From Laetmonice hystrix (Eukaryota), in contig OZ249439.1 in NCBI GenBank assembly GCA_965235115.1, positions 13,702,001 to 13,766,000 on the forward strand: a DNA stretch of 64,000 bases. The letters run 5' to 3'. The notes beneath the pieces are model-generated. The model was not told where the DNA came from and made no database searches. It saw nothing but the letters and a program-made list of their open reading frames with translations. Each line of letters starts with the position of its first letter. Position 1 is the first letter of the stretch. Shown one piece after another: positions 23,805 through 36,273 of this stretch. Made by a program: the position numbers and the translations under genes.

Positions 23805-26040
23805 ACCTCCACCCTCCCTGCCGTACCCAGGCCGGGAAGGTCCCCTACACCCCCCCCCTCCCTGCCGTACCCAGGCCGGGAAGGTCTCCTACACCTCCCC
23901 CTCCCTGTCGTACCCAGGCCGGGAAGGTCTCCTACACCGCCCCCCTCCCTGCCGTACCCAGGCCGGGAAGGTCTCCTACACCTCCCTCCTCCCTGCCGTA
24001 CCCAGGCCGGGAAGGTCTCCTACACCGCCCCCTCCCTGCCGTACCCAGGCCGGGAAGGTCTCCTACACCGCCCCCCTCCCTGCCGTACCCAGGCCGGGAA
24101 GGTCTCCTACACCTTCCCCTCCCTGCCGTACCCAGGCCGGGAAGGTCTCCTACACCGCCCCTCCCTGCCGTACCCAGGCCGGGAAGGTCTCCGACACCTC
24201 CCCCTCCCTGCCGTACCCAGGCCGGGAAGGTCTCCTACACCTCCCCCCTCCCTGCCGTACCCAGGCCGGGAAGGTCTCCTACACCGCCCCCTCCCTGCCG
24301 TACCCAGGCCGGGAAGGTCTCCTACACCGCCCCCCTCCCTGCCGTACCCAGGCCGGGAAGGTCTCCTACACCGCCCCCCTCCCTGCCGTACCCAGGCCGG
24401 GAAGGTCTCCTACACCGCCCCCTCCCTGCCGTACCCAGGCCGGGAAGGTCTCCTACACCGCCCCCCTCCCTGCCGTACCCAGGCCGGGAAGGTCTCCTAC
24501 ACCTCCCCCTCCCTGCCGTACCCAGGCCGGGAAGGTCTCCTACACCTCCCCCCTCCCTGCCGTACCCAGGCCGGGAAGGTCTCCTACACCTCCCCCCTCC
24601 CTGCCGTACCCAGGCCGGGAAGGTCTCCGACACCTCCCCCTCCCTGCCGTACCCAGGCCGGGAAGGTCCCCTACACCTCCCCCCTCCCTGCCGTACCCAG
24701 GCCGGGAAGGTCTCCTACACCTCCCCCTCCCTGCCGTACCCAGGCCGGGAAGGTCTCCTACACCTCCCCCTCCCTGTCGTACCCAGGCCGGGAAGGTCTC
24801 CTACACCGCCCCCCTCCCTGCCGTACCCAGGCCGGGAAGGTCTCCGACACCTCCTCCTCCCAGCCGTACCCACGCCGGGAAGGTCTCCTACACCGCCCCC
24901 CTCCCTGCCGTACCCAGGCCGGGAAGGTCTCCTACACCTCCCCCTCCCTGCCGTACCCAGGCCGGGAAGGTCTCCTGACACCTCCCTCCTACCTGCCGTA
25001 CCCAGGCCGGGAAGGTCCCCTACACCTCCCCCTCCCTGCCGTACCCAGGCCGGGAAGGTATCCTACACCTCCCCCTCCCTGCCGTACCCAGGCCGGGAAG
25101 GTATCCTACACCTCCCCCTCCCTGCCGTACCTAGGCCGGAAGGTCTCCTACACTCCCTGCCGTACCCAGGCCGGGAAGGTCTCCTACACTCCCACCCCCT
25201 GCCGTACCCAGGCCGGGAAGGTCCCCTACACCTCCCCCTCCCTGCCGTACCCAGGCCGGGAAGGTCCCCTACACCTCCCCCTCCCTGCCGTACCTAGGCC
25301 GGGAAGGTCTCCGACACCTCCCCTCCCTGCCGTACCCAGGCCGGGAAGGTCTCCGACACCTCCCCTCCCTGCCGTACCCAGGCCGGGAAGGTCTCCGACA
25401 CCTCCCCCTCCCTGCCGTACCCAGGCCGGGAAGGTCTCCTACACTTCCCCCCTGCCGTACCCAGGCCGGGAAGGTCTCCGACACCTTCCCCTCCCTGCCG
25501 TACCCAGGCCGGGAAGGTCTCCTACACCTCCCCTCCCTGCCGTACCCAGGCCGGGAAGGTCTCCGACACCTCCCCCTCCCTGCCGTACCCAGGCCGGGAA
25601 GGTCTCCTACACCTCCCCCTCCCTGCCGTACCCAGGCCGGGAAGGTCTCCTACACCTTCCCCTCCCTGCCGTACCCAGGCCGGGAAGGTCTCCGACACCT
25701 CCCCTCCCTGCCGTACCCAGGCCGGGAAGGTCTCCTACACCGCCCCCCTCCCTGCCGTACCCAGGCCGGGAAGGTCTCCTACACCGCCCCCCTCCCTGCC
25801 GTACCCAGGCCGGGAAGGTCTCCGACACCTCCCCCTCCCTGCCGTACCCAGGCCGGGAAGGTCTCCTACACCTCCCCCCTCCCTGCCGTACCCAGGCCGG
25901 GAAGGTCTCCGACACCTCCCCCTCCCTGCCGTACCCAGGCCGGGAAGGTCTCCGACACCTCCCCCTCCCTGCCGTACCCAGGCCGGGAAGGTCTCCTACA
26001 CCTCCCCCTCCCTGCCGTACCCAGGCCGGGAAGGTCTCCA
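23805..26040. repeat. C-rich (G-rich on -) minisatellite, ~37-42-bp unit, ~55 copies, in a KLF intron
   Basis: Core CCCTCCCTGCCGTACCCAGGCCGGGAAGGTCTCCTACAC plus a variable C-run. Confidence 0.98.
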
Positions 26041-27210
26041 CTATCTCCTGCTCTGCCCGGACACAATAGAAGATGATGTCAACCTCTGTGAGGTCCGTAT
26101 ATATTGGACCGTATACCGCATCTATCCTTGCGTTTAGTTCCTCGTGACTGGCATGCACACGGAATTTAGTCCCATTTCACATACTAGTATATCTGAGTTG
26201 GAATGTCTCTTTGTCACTGCGCCAACTCAATGAGGACCCAGGCGGCGGGAGCCCTCCCGCGGCGGGCCCCCTCCCCCGCCCCACCCTGGCCACGCCGGGC
26301 GACATGTCAGGCGACCATGTCAGCGTCACGGTGAGGTGGAGCTTTCTTGTGCTATAACTGATCGTAGATTGACTACCTACGGCGTGCAGGGGTAGCGACT
26401 TCGCTACAAGGTCTGGTTTTTCTCACCGACTCAAGACGTCGGTATTGGTAGACGTGGGTTACTTCCATTTACCCCCTCCCCGATCCTACCCCCACCCCGA
26501 CCATACCCCACCCGACGCCTCGCGACAAAGGATCACCAGCGGCAGGCAAGCTGTCCAATGGGTCTCCGATGGGCTCGGTGCCAGCCATACCACGGGCCTG
26601 AGGGTCATCCGCCCCCTCCTCCACCTTGGAGTACCAGTAGGGGGCACCACCACTGGGCACTGCGCCCAGTCTCCTCACCTGACGATGCTGACCCCCGTCC
26701 TCTCATGTCATTCTCACGCTCTCACGCCACAAGCAAGCCTCCCCAGCCAGGCTATCATGTAACGATAGCCAACTAACTGCTACATGTCATGCATTCCCTT
26801 TCTGTAACTTCGGACATTGCTGGCTTTTCTAGCAACTGGCAACATACCAACTGTTATATAACAAAACCTATTCTACCGATTCATTACAAGACAGTATGGG
26901 ACTGCCGCTAAACGTAACGACTCTAACTCAATACTGATTAGCTAAATAATCTGACTGCAAGATAATTACACTGAACCTGCCCCGCTGGTCGCAGTTTAGG
27001 AATTGTTACTTTGCCCATTTAAGTTGTATTCTGCCCCTCCCCTACGACTTCCAATGTAATTATGCTGGCGGTTAAAATCGGCCTACGGTCTCTGCCTACT
27101 TGAACAGATACTACTGGACCAAGTAGGAGAAGTGTTAATACACTGTACGGCCGGGGTCGTGCTCCGACCAAAATAACTCAGGTCGTAAGGAATGAGGTCA
27201 CGTGACTTAC

Positions 27211-27328
27211 CTGCTCGGCGTTCCCTGCTGAGATCAATGACGTAACTTGCAGCTTCGCCGGGAGGGGGCGTTGATGAGGCGGAGTTGGTGCCTTTCGTCG
27301 ATAGGTCGACTGGTTCCGTTTGTACTGG
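27211..27328 (-). CDS. KLF3/8/12: Kruppel-like factor exon with CtBP-binding motif: PVQTEPVDLSTKGTNSASSTPPPGEAASYVIDLSRERRA
   Basis: TTTTCTCTCATTGACAG acceptor and GTAAGT donor, 118 nt (phase 0 to 1). QTEPVDLS is the hallmark PxDLS motif of KLF3/8/12. Confidence 0.92.
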
Positions 27329-27804
27329 CTGTCAATGAGAGAAAACAGGAGAGCCGTCAATCTCAGGTGGTACACAAACCAGGACCAAATATCGACATCA
27401 CCAGGTCGTTGATTACAAGGGGCACGATTGTATGGTGTAACATTCAGCATCCATACAGCACCACATCGTAAGGAGCCAACCCTCCATTCGTTTTTACAAA
27501 CTAAGGTCAAGAAACTAGTTATTCAAATAAAACTTTGCGCATGCCTACACCAATCCTGCTGACGACATCCTTAATACTCCTCAAACGTAATCGGAGTCCA
27601 GGTTTATTCTAATAAACCCGTTACCAGCGCTCGACGCATCAACCACCAACACTCTCTTCATCTAAATCGGATGATTGCCTTTTGAAATCTACCGGTGCCC
27701 CTGTTCAAAGTCAAACTACTTTGTGAAAGGTTCCAAAGTAGCATGTAACAAAAGATTTGCCTCTTCTTATCGAAGCCTGGCCGAGTTTTCATCAGAGCAA
27801 AACG

Positions 27805-28560
27805 CACTCTGCTAACTTACAGTTATACATATAGGCCATCTATCTTCTCTTGCCTGGACACAGGTAGTAAAACGTGAACGCACTCTGCTAACTTACAATT
27901 ATACATAAAGGCCATCTATCTTCTCTTGCCTGGACACAGGTAGTAAAACGTGAACGCACTCTGCTAACTTACAATTATACATAAAGGCCATCTATCTTCT
28001 CTTGCCTAGACACAGGTAGTAAAACGTGAACGCACTCTGCTAACTTACAATTATACAGTCCATCTATCTTCTCTTGTCTGGACACAGGTAGTAAAACGTG
28101 AACACACTCTGCTAACTTACAATTATACATAAAGGCCATCTATCTTCTCTTGCCTGGACACAGGTAGTAAAACGTGAACGCACTCTGCTAACTTACAATT
28201 ATACATATAGGCCATCTATCTTCTCTTGCCTGGACACAGGTAGTAAAACGTGAACGCACTCTGCTAACTTACAATTATACATATAGGCCATCTATCTTCT
28301 CTTGCCTGGACACAGGTAGTAAAACGTGAACGCACTCTGCTAACTTACAATTATACATAAAGGCCATCTATCTTCTCTTGCCTGGACACAGGTAGTAAAA
28401 CGTGAACGCACTCTGCTAACTTACAATTATACATAAAGGCCATCTATCTTCTCTTGCCTGGACACAGGTAGTAAAACGTGAACGCACTCTGCTAACTTAC
28501 AATTATACATACAGCCCATCTATCTTCTCTTGCCTGGACACAGGTAGTAAAACGTGAACG
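27805..28560. repeat. Minisatellite, 76-bp unit x~10
   Basis: CACTCTGCTAAC at 27881, 27957 and onward. Confidence 0.97.
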
Positions 28561-28921
28561 AGACAGATGTGGCGGCACAGTAAGTTGCTGAGTTGCGAAT
28601 TGGGGGAATGTATTAAGCAGGAAGTAGGTAAATCTCCTCAGACCTGTGTCTAATGACTTCTAATTAACCATAAATTATAGAGAATAATCTTTTTACAACA
28701 TCCTCGCCAAGTGATTATCCGAAAAAAAAAATATACCTAAGTAACTATACCAACGACAGGAAGAAGCCACCAGTCTAATTTCATGTTAAAAAAAGACAAT
28801 GACAATTCTCTGCACGTCGTTCAGTGTATTTATAAACGTCTGAGAATGTGGAGGAGGTAATACGTGATGGCTCGTTTTGATGTGGAGACCACCGTCGTAA
28901 TACTTCGTTATGTGTGAATAC

Positions 28922-30651
28922 ACCTCCTCGTACCGTGAGTTCTCATTGCCCGTACACCCACCGACTACCACCGATTGATGGCCCCACCAAGGCACATCCT
29001 CGTACCGTGAGTTCTCATTGCCCGTACACCCACGGACTACCACCGATTGATGGCCCCACCAAGCCACACCCTCGTACCGTGAGTTCTCATTGCCCGTACA
29101 CCCACCGACTACCACCGATTGATGGCCCCACCAAGGCACATCCTCGTACCGTGAGTTCTCATTGCCCGTACACCCACCGACTACCACCGATTGATGGCCC
29201 CACCAAGCCACATCCTCGTACCGTGAGTTCTCATTGCCCGTACACCCACCGACTACCACCGATTGATGGCCCCACCAAGCCACCTCCTCGTACCGTGAGT
29301 TCTCATTGCCCGTACACCCACCGACTACCACCGATTGATGGCCCCACCAAGCCACATCCTCGTACCGTGAGTTCTCATTGCCCGTACACCCACCGACTAC
29401 CACCGATTGATGGCCCCACCAAGCCACATCCTCGTACCCTGAGTTCTCATTGCCCGTACACCCACCGACTACCACCGATTGATGGTCCCACCAAGCCACA
29501 TCCTCGTACCGTGAGTTCTCATTGCCCGTACACCCACCGACTACCACCGATTGATGGCCCCACCAAGTCACCTCCTCGTACCGTGAGTTCTCATTGCCCG
29601 TACACCCACCGACTACCACCGATTGATGGCCCCACCAAGGCACATCCTCGTACCCTGAGTTCTCATTGCCCGTACACCCACCGACTACCACCGATTGATG
29701 GCCCCACCAAGCCACATCCTCGTACCGTGAGTTCTCATTGCCCGTACACCCACCGACTACCACCGATTGATGGCCCCACCAAGTCACCTCCTCGTACCGT
29801 GAGTTCTCATTGCCCGTACACCCACCGACTACCACCGATTGATGGCCCCACCAAGCCACATCCTCGTACCGTGAGTTCTCATTGCCCGTACACCCACCGA
29901 CTACCACCGATTGATGGCCCCACCAAGCCACATCCTCGTACCGTGAGTTCTCATTGCCCGTACACCCACCGACTACCACCGATTGATGGCCCCACCAAGC
30001 CACATCCTCGTACCCTGAGTTCTCATTGCCCGTACACCCACCGACTACCACCGATTGATGGCCCCACCAAGCCACATCCTCGTACCGTGAGTTCTCATTG
30101 CCCGTACACCCACCGACTACCACCGATTGATGGCCCCACCAAGGCACATCCTCGTACCCTGAGTTCTCATTGCCCGTACACCCACTGACTACCACCGATT
30201 GATGGCCCCACCAAGTCACCTCCTCGTACCGTGAGTTCTCATTGCCCGTACACCCACCGACTACCACCGATTGATGGCCCCACCAAGGCACATCCTCGTA
30301 CCGTGAGTTCTCATTGCCCGTACACCCACCGACTACCACCGATTGATGGCCCCACCAAGTCACCTCCTCGTACCGTGAGTTCTCATTGCCCGTACACCCA
30401 CCGACTACCACCGATTGATGGCCCCACCAAGCCACATCCTCGTACCGTGAGTTCTCATTGCCCGTACACCCACCGACTACCACCGATTGATGGCCCCACC
30501 AAGCCACATCCTCGTACCGTGAGTTCTCATTGCCCGTACACCCACCGACTACCACCGATTGATGGCCCCACCAAGCCACCTCCTCGTACCGTGAGTTCTC
30601 ATTGCCCGTACACCCACCGACTACCACCGATTGATGGCCCCACCAAGCCAC
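28922..30651. repeat. Minisatellite, 72-bp unit x24, no indels
   Basis: Unit CCTCGTACCGTGAGTTCTCATTGCCCGTACACCCACCGACTACCACCGATTGATGGCCCCACCAAGCCACAT. Confidence 0.98.
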
Positions 30652-30827
30652 ATATATATGTGAACCTTCACATATATGTGAAGTCGGTCAGTTTACGTAA
30701 CGTATACGAGGGGGGGGGGGGTACATGTCAATTATAATTCATCAGCTAACTTTGGTGGAGCCCTCTGTTGGCTACTACACCAACGACATGAAGGCTCTGT
30801 GAAAAAAAGTCTCCTCCAAACGTTCCT

Positions 30828-31262
30828 ACTCTCAGTAATACACTCACTGCCAGGACTGTCTCATACTTGGGACCATGTTTTGTACTCAGTAATACACTCA
30901 CTGCCAGGACTGTCTCATACTTGGGACCATGTTTTGTACTCAGTAATACACTCACTGCCAGGACTGTCTCATACTTGGGACCATGTTTTGTACTCAGTAA
31001 TACACTCACTGCCAGGACTGTCTCATACTTGGGACCATGTTTTGTACTCAGTAATACACTCACTGCCAGGACTGTCTCATACTTGGGACCATGTTTTGTA
31101 CTCAGTAATACACTCACTGCCAGGACTGTCTCATACTTGGGACCATGTTTTGTACTCAGTAATACACTCACTGCCAGGACTGTCTCATACTTGGGACCAT
31201 GTTTGGTACTCAGTAATACACTCACTGCCAGGACTGTCCCATACTTGGGACCATATTTTGTA
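30828..31262. repeat. Minisatellite, 54-bp unit x8
   Basis: Unit ACTCAGTAATACACTCACTGCCAGGACTGTCTCATACTTGGGACCATGTTTTGT. Confidence 0.97.
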
Positions 31263-34200
31263 TTCAGGGGTGGCGGCGTGATTCGATCTTCCACGGTGCG
31301 CACGGGTTGATGAATTCCTCCAAGCGATTGTTTACAGTGATGGAAGTGTTAGCGGTTATGTTGTTTTGACCGAGATGATATCTGAGCGCTGACGACCTAC
31401 CGTGGACGTACCCAATGTCACGTCTGTCCGTACATCCGTCAATCCAGCACCAGATCCACACTGATCTGACCCTGTCATCTCTCCTCTTGTTACACAATAT
31501 TTCTCCCACCCGACTCCGCCACCCCCGCCCCCTCCTACCAGGAAATGATGATCTTCCGTCAACTAACCTCTATAGAGGATCAACTTTAACTTGATATAAA
31601 CTGCAATGTTAGCACTGTATGACTGGATGATGTCGACCATGTCCTGTTTCAGATGTAACCAGAGAACCAGGAAGTCCGTCCACCGTAAGGGCTTCAACTC
31701 CTCCCCTTCCGCTCCCCCCGACCGCCTCCCGAGACCTGTCAACCTTTCACCCCGACCTGGGCGGGGCGGGCGGGGGAGGAGGAGGGCGGGGGGCTGGCCG
31801 GACCTTCTCTTCTACAGTGGTGGTACGGACCTGGGTACTTGGGAACTGTGCAGGCCGGGCGGGCGGGTAGTGACAGTCACAGACCTGCTGACACACTTGG
31901 CTGGTGTCTCTTGGGTACTTACAATGACGTCACCGTGTGCGGGAATGTATAGCCATGGATCTGTGGACTGTTTTAAAGACATCAACAACAGATTCAAGAC
32001 CAGAGAGAGAGAGAGAGAACCAATTAGCAACACTCTTGCTTGCATATCAACTGCTTAACATTTATCGAAGGAACAAAAGCAGTAGGCCCCCTATTGTGAT
32101 ATTGCGGAGCTGTAAATAACTCCAATTTCCAAATAATTTCCATCGCTAAAAACCTCTGATGTTTTAAAAAGAACTCTCAAATTTATGCAACCCGCCACCA
32201 TCGCCGGCCTCCACCTCCAACTCCGAACCTGCAGCCAATGTTTGTATACACAACCCCTGACTTGGACGTTCGTGGGTTCACCTCCAGATCATGATTCCCC
32301 TTCAGACATAATGACGGGAGAGGGCCCCCAAGTATTGGATCGGCCGGCTGGTAGGCCGCCCCGACAACTCCCAAACAATCTAGCAGTAGCTTACTAGCTC
32401 CAGGCCCCCCGGCCGTTGGCTGACTGTCTGCTGACTTGCGACAGACAGATGTATTATGAATTGCGACTGCCTGATGTTTGCATGTGACTTGGCCTGAGGG
32501 TGTGGGCCACGAGCATGTTGGCATGGCAAACGGTGCAGTGGTGGTGGTGTTTGTGGGCTGGTCTCAAACAATGCAAACATATGACATATGACCGTGTCAT
32601 GGTTTGACAGCCGACAAGTTTCAGCTTGGCTGGCTGGCTAAGACTGCCCCCCCCCATCTGTACCTCACTCCGCGCTCCCCACACTTCTCTCTGTCTCTCT
32701 CAGACAGATATCATGCAGACTGAGGGTGTATGGACCAACATCCCTATCATATTAGACTAGTTGGTGGTAGTGAGGTTTCTGGATGCTGTTCTCCCTGGCT
32801 CCACGAGGCCAGGCGACCGGCTGGTGTTGTGCGCGCCATATACATTCCTCCGACGGCCGGCCGAGGCCCCGGTAAGGCACTCCACTATGTATACTGCTGG
32901 AGGTGGCCGCATGATAGCGACTTGGCCCGGTCTGTGAGGATCAACAGACAAAGTATGACATCACCACTGGCGGTGGTGGTGGGGGCCGGTGGAAGCGGCG
33001 GGCGTGGGACGGGTTGGGGGTTGACTACCGCCCCCTCCCACTGCCCCAGCGGCAGGCAGCCCGGCCCGGCCAACATCACGACCGCCCCACCACACGACGT
33101 GTACCCTGAATTCACATCGCCTCCGTTATTGATATACAAAGTTTTTGTTGATTTCAAAGAAAAGCCCTGAATGTTTATTAGTGATCTGGTACACGCAGCA
33201 GGGGGTGAGGGTGATATGGAGGGAGTAGCCGGGTAGGCGTGGTGCTAGGGGTTAGGAACTGCTCCAGGAGTTAGACAATCCTACTACAACAGTCTCCCTC
33301 TATTCCATGACTATTAACTCTACCAACAATTATCAATATCGGGCTTCAAGAAACAATGACATCACAACGACCTTGCTGTTCCATCTTTAACAGAATAAGG
33401 TTGGCTTCATGAACCAGAATGAGTAGGCCTACAGGCCATTTCTCTCTTGCCATCTTGACTTGAGGCAAGGGGCATGTAGCGAATAGTTCCAGGACACAAA
33501 AATAAGTATTTCGGTATGGACGGATTCTGACTGAGATTTTTTTGTGGGGCGCCACCCCCCCCCGTCCCCTCTAGGCGGCCCCGTGCAGAGATAGTGTATA
33601 GGCTATGTGTCTGTGATCATTAGCTGCCTGGGCTGAGCTAGGAGACGGGGCCATGTTGTATGTAGGTCAGTGTTACGATAGTATACCCACCATCAGGCAG
33701 TAACCACCACGCTCCAGTATTCCTTACCTTTGATTGCTGAATTCACATTAATTATTCACAGAGTATGCCAAGCCACACCTGAGATCCCTATTCCTTGACA
33801 TCCGTCACACAACAAGCCACCTGCTTACAGCTGATACATTTCAATGGCAACCACAGATTTGCCAAAATTAGAAGTCAGAAATTATTTCCTCAAACCTTTC
33901 CCTCTAATTCGGTTTTACCGTCAAAAGCTGGGAGGGCACAACGTGTCTAAACTCCTCCCTAAACGCTTCCCTAAAATCGTTGATATCGCCAGGGTGAGTG
34001 AGGTGGGCTCACATGAAGTAATTTTCCCTGCGGGGGTCAGTACTGTGGACTAGAGTGTCCACGTGGGTAAGCATCATGGATAGACACCCACGACACTACA
34101 TGTACCGGGAAGAGTGGCTTTAATCGCTCCCAATATAGAGTCCTGTCATTATGGCATCCCATCACGTTTTTCAACTTTTCCCAGTATTACATGTCCGTTT

Positions 34201-34844
34201 TAAGGACCACTGAAAAAAAAGCTAAACTAAACCGAAAGTTATCCATGATGTCCACGAACTGACGTGGGGGTGGGGTGTGGTCTTACTTCTTTTCTTTTCA
34301 AATCCTGGCATGGAGATTAAAATTTTCCGACATTTCAAGATTTTTACGACCCGTGGGAACTCTGGAGTGAGAGCAATCAAAATCTAATGCACTGCCAGAA
34401 AATCAAATCATTTCGCACCTACTTTTGGCACTGCATTCTGCCATGACTGTCACGGATATTAACCTAACGATTTATGTAGCGACACGACCGAAAAGATAAA
34501 GTCGCCAAGCGAAACTACCACCAATGCTGCTACTGCCTACATTTTCTGATTACATCACCAAGGAATAACCGCCAAATATTCTCGGAGAACCTCTCCCCTC
34601 GGATCTCGACCGGCGAGGACAGGTGTGGCAGGAATGTAAGTCCGCTGGAATGTAAGTCCGTCCGACTTTTATTTCGGGAATTGCAGGTTCATTGGACCTG
34701 TATTGCTGGGGGCTTGGAAATCTGTTAGACCTGCCCACGTATAATATAAACTGTCCAACTCGGCGAGTATGACATGAAGAGGGCCACTCTTTGCTGCTTT
34801 CATAGTTCACGTCTGGATGTTATACCTTTCTGTTCTCCTGTTCT

Positions 34845-35385
34845 CCCTACCCCTAACCGATCTGTACTGTCTCTGTCTCTACCCCTAACCGATCCTCACC
34901 GCACCACTGTCAATGGCTCCCTCCTGGCCGTGTACTGTCTCTCTCTCTCTACCCCTAACCGATCCTCACCGCACCACTGTCAATGGCTCCCTCCCGGCCG
35001 TGTACTGTCTCTGTCTCTCTCTCTCTCCCTACCCCTAACCGATCCTCACCGCACCACTGTCAATGGCTCCCTCCCGGCCGTGTACTGTCTCTCTCTCTCT
35101 CTCTCTACCCCTAACCGATCCTCACCGCACCACTGTCAATGGCTCCCTCCTGGCCGTGTACTGTCTCTCTCTCTCTACCCCTAACCGATCCTCACCGCAC
35201 CCTAGACGTGGTTCGATCTCCCTTCAAATACCACCACCACTGTCAATGGCTCCCTCCCGGCCGTGTACTGTTTCTCTCTCTCTACCCCTAACCGATCCTC
35301 ACCGCACCCTAGACGTGGTTCGATCTCCCTTCAAATACCACCACCATTGTCAATGGCTCCCTCCTGGCCGTGCAGCAGGACGCCG
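34845..35385. repeat. Compound repeat: ~62-72-bp core with variable (CT)n, ~7 copies
   Basis: Core ACCCCTAACCGATCCTCACCGCACCACTGTCAATGGCTCCCTCCCGGCCGTGTACTG followed by (TC)n. Confidence 0.93.
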
Positions 35386-35875
35386 TCTCTCGGCAATCCG
35401 AGCGGCCCATCCCCCTGCCACACCTTCAACACCAAGCCACAATCAAGTCAGAAAAGCAAGCGGCGGTTGGAAGGCGAGCCCTTTGTGTACCAACCAAAAC
35501 CTCAACAACCAAAACATTGCCGTTTCCCTGAAGACTCCGTCAAGCGCGACCCACATTCTCCCCATGATCCAGTCAGTGCAGCCCCTTTCTCCACATGTTC
35601 GTCTGTGGTGTTGAGGTCAGCACGCACTGAAGTGTGTCGGGAGGGGAGTGGCCGACTGACAGAGAATTATTATCTTGGATCCAGCCCAACAGCGGTAATA
35701 ATAACTGCTGCTTCTTTCCCACACTCATCGGAAGCCCCTTCCAAACAATTCAGGTCCACTGAGTTTTTACAAACATTCATTCCAAAAAAAGCATTTGACG
35801 ATGAGCATGGAAGATCATTTTTGTAAGCCTCTTAGCAAACGTCCCTGAATGGACTTGGTTGGGGTGGGTTCTTAA

Positions 35876-36273
35876 AGGGGCATATTATGAGGAAACGTTC
35901 CTTCATTAAAATTGCTTAGTAAACAAAGACAGACTTATCAGTTTCATTTTGCGTGAGAAATCGAAGTTTATTAAGCTCCCTTGCCCGCTTCTTTGCCGAT
36001 TTCGTAAAATATTTTTTTGGGTGGCATTCTGATGCCGGGCGATCGAGTGCCACTGCTGAATTGTTTACAACTAAGCAAAGCACGTGACTAAGCACATGCA
36101 GAGAGTGCACACACAGGATGTGACACAGTATGCAATTACACGGGTTGCATACGCAGCGAAAACACGTCCGAGGACAAAATGCTGTGGTAGGATTATTTAC
36201 TTGGATCCCTAGTACACGGTCATGTTGGATAATTGCCGGAAATCCTCAAAAACGTGTTTCATAGCATGCCCCT
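35876..36273. mobile_element. Second Kolobok-type MITE, ~398 bp
   Basis: TTAA-AGGGGCAT...ATGCCCCT-TTAA; imperfect TIR extends to ~24 bp (TATGA..ACGTT). Confidence 0.7.

Noticed and set aside
23761-26158. 400-500-aa Pro-rich ORFs
   Set aside because: They are translations of the 37-42-bp minisatellite, with frame-shifting unit lengths and several frames open
26240-26760. GC-rich ORFs as additional KLF exons
   Set aside because: No frame gives a phase-1 acceptor with an open reading path; flanking exons already join in frame
30746-31310. ORFs open in three frames
   Set aside because: A 54-bp unit divisible by 3 and lacking stops explains them; no splice or domain support
32730-33170. Pro-rich ORFs on both strands
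   Set aside because: No domain, and the candidate splice sites imply a 32-nt intron or early stops
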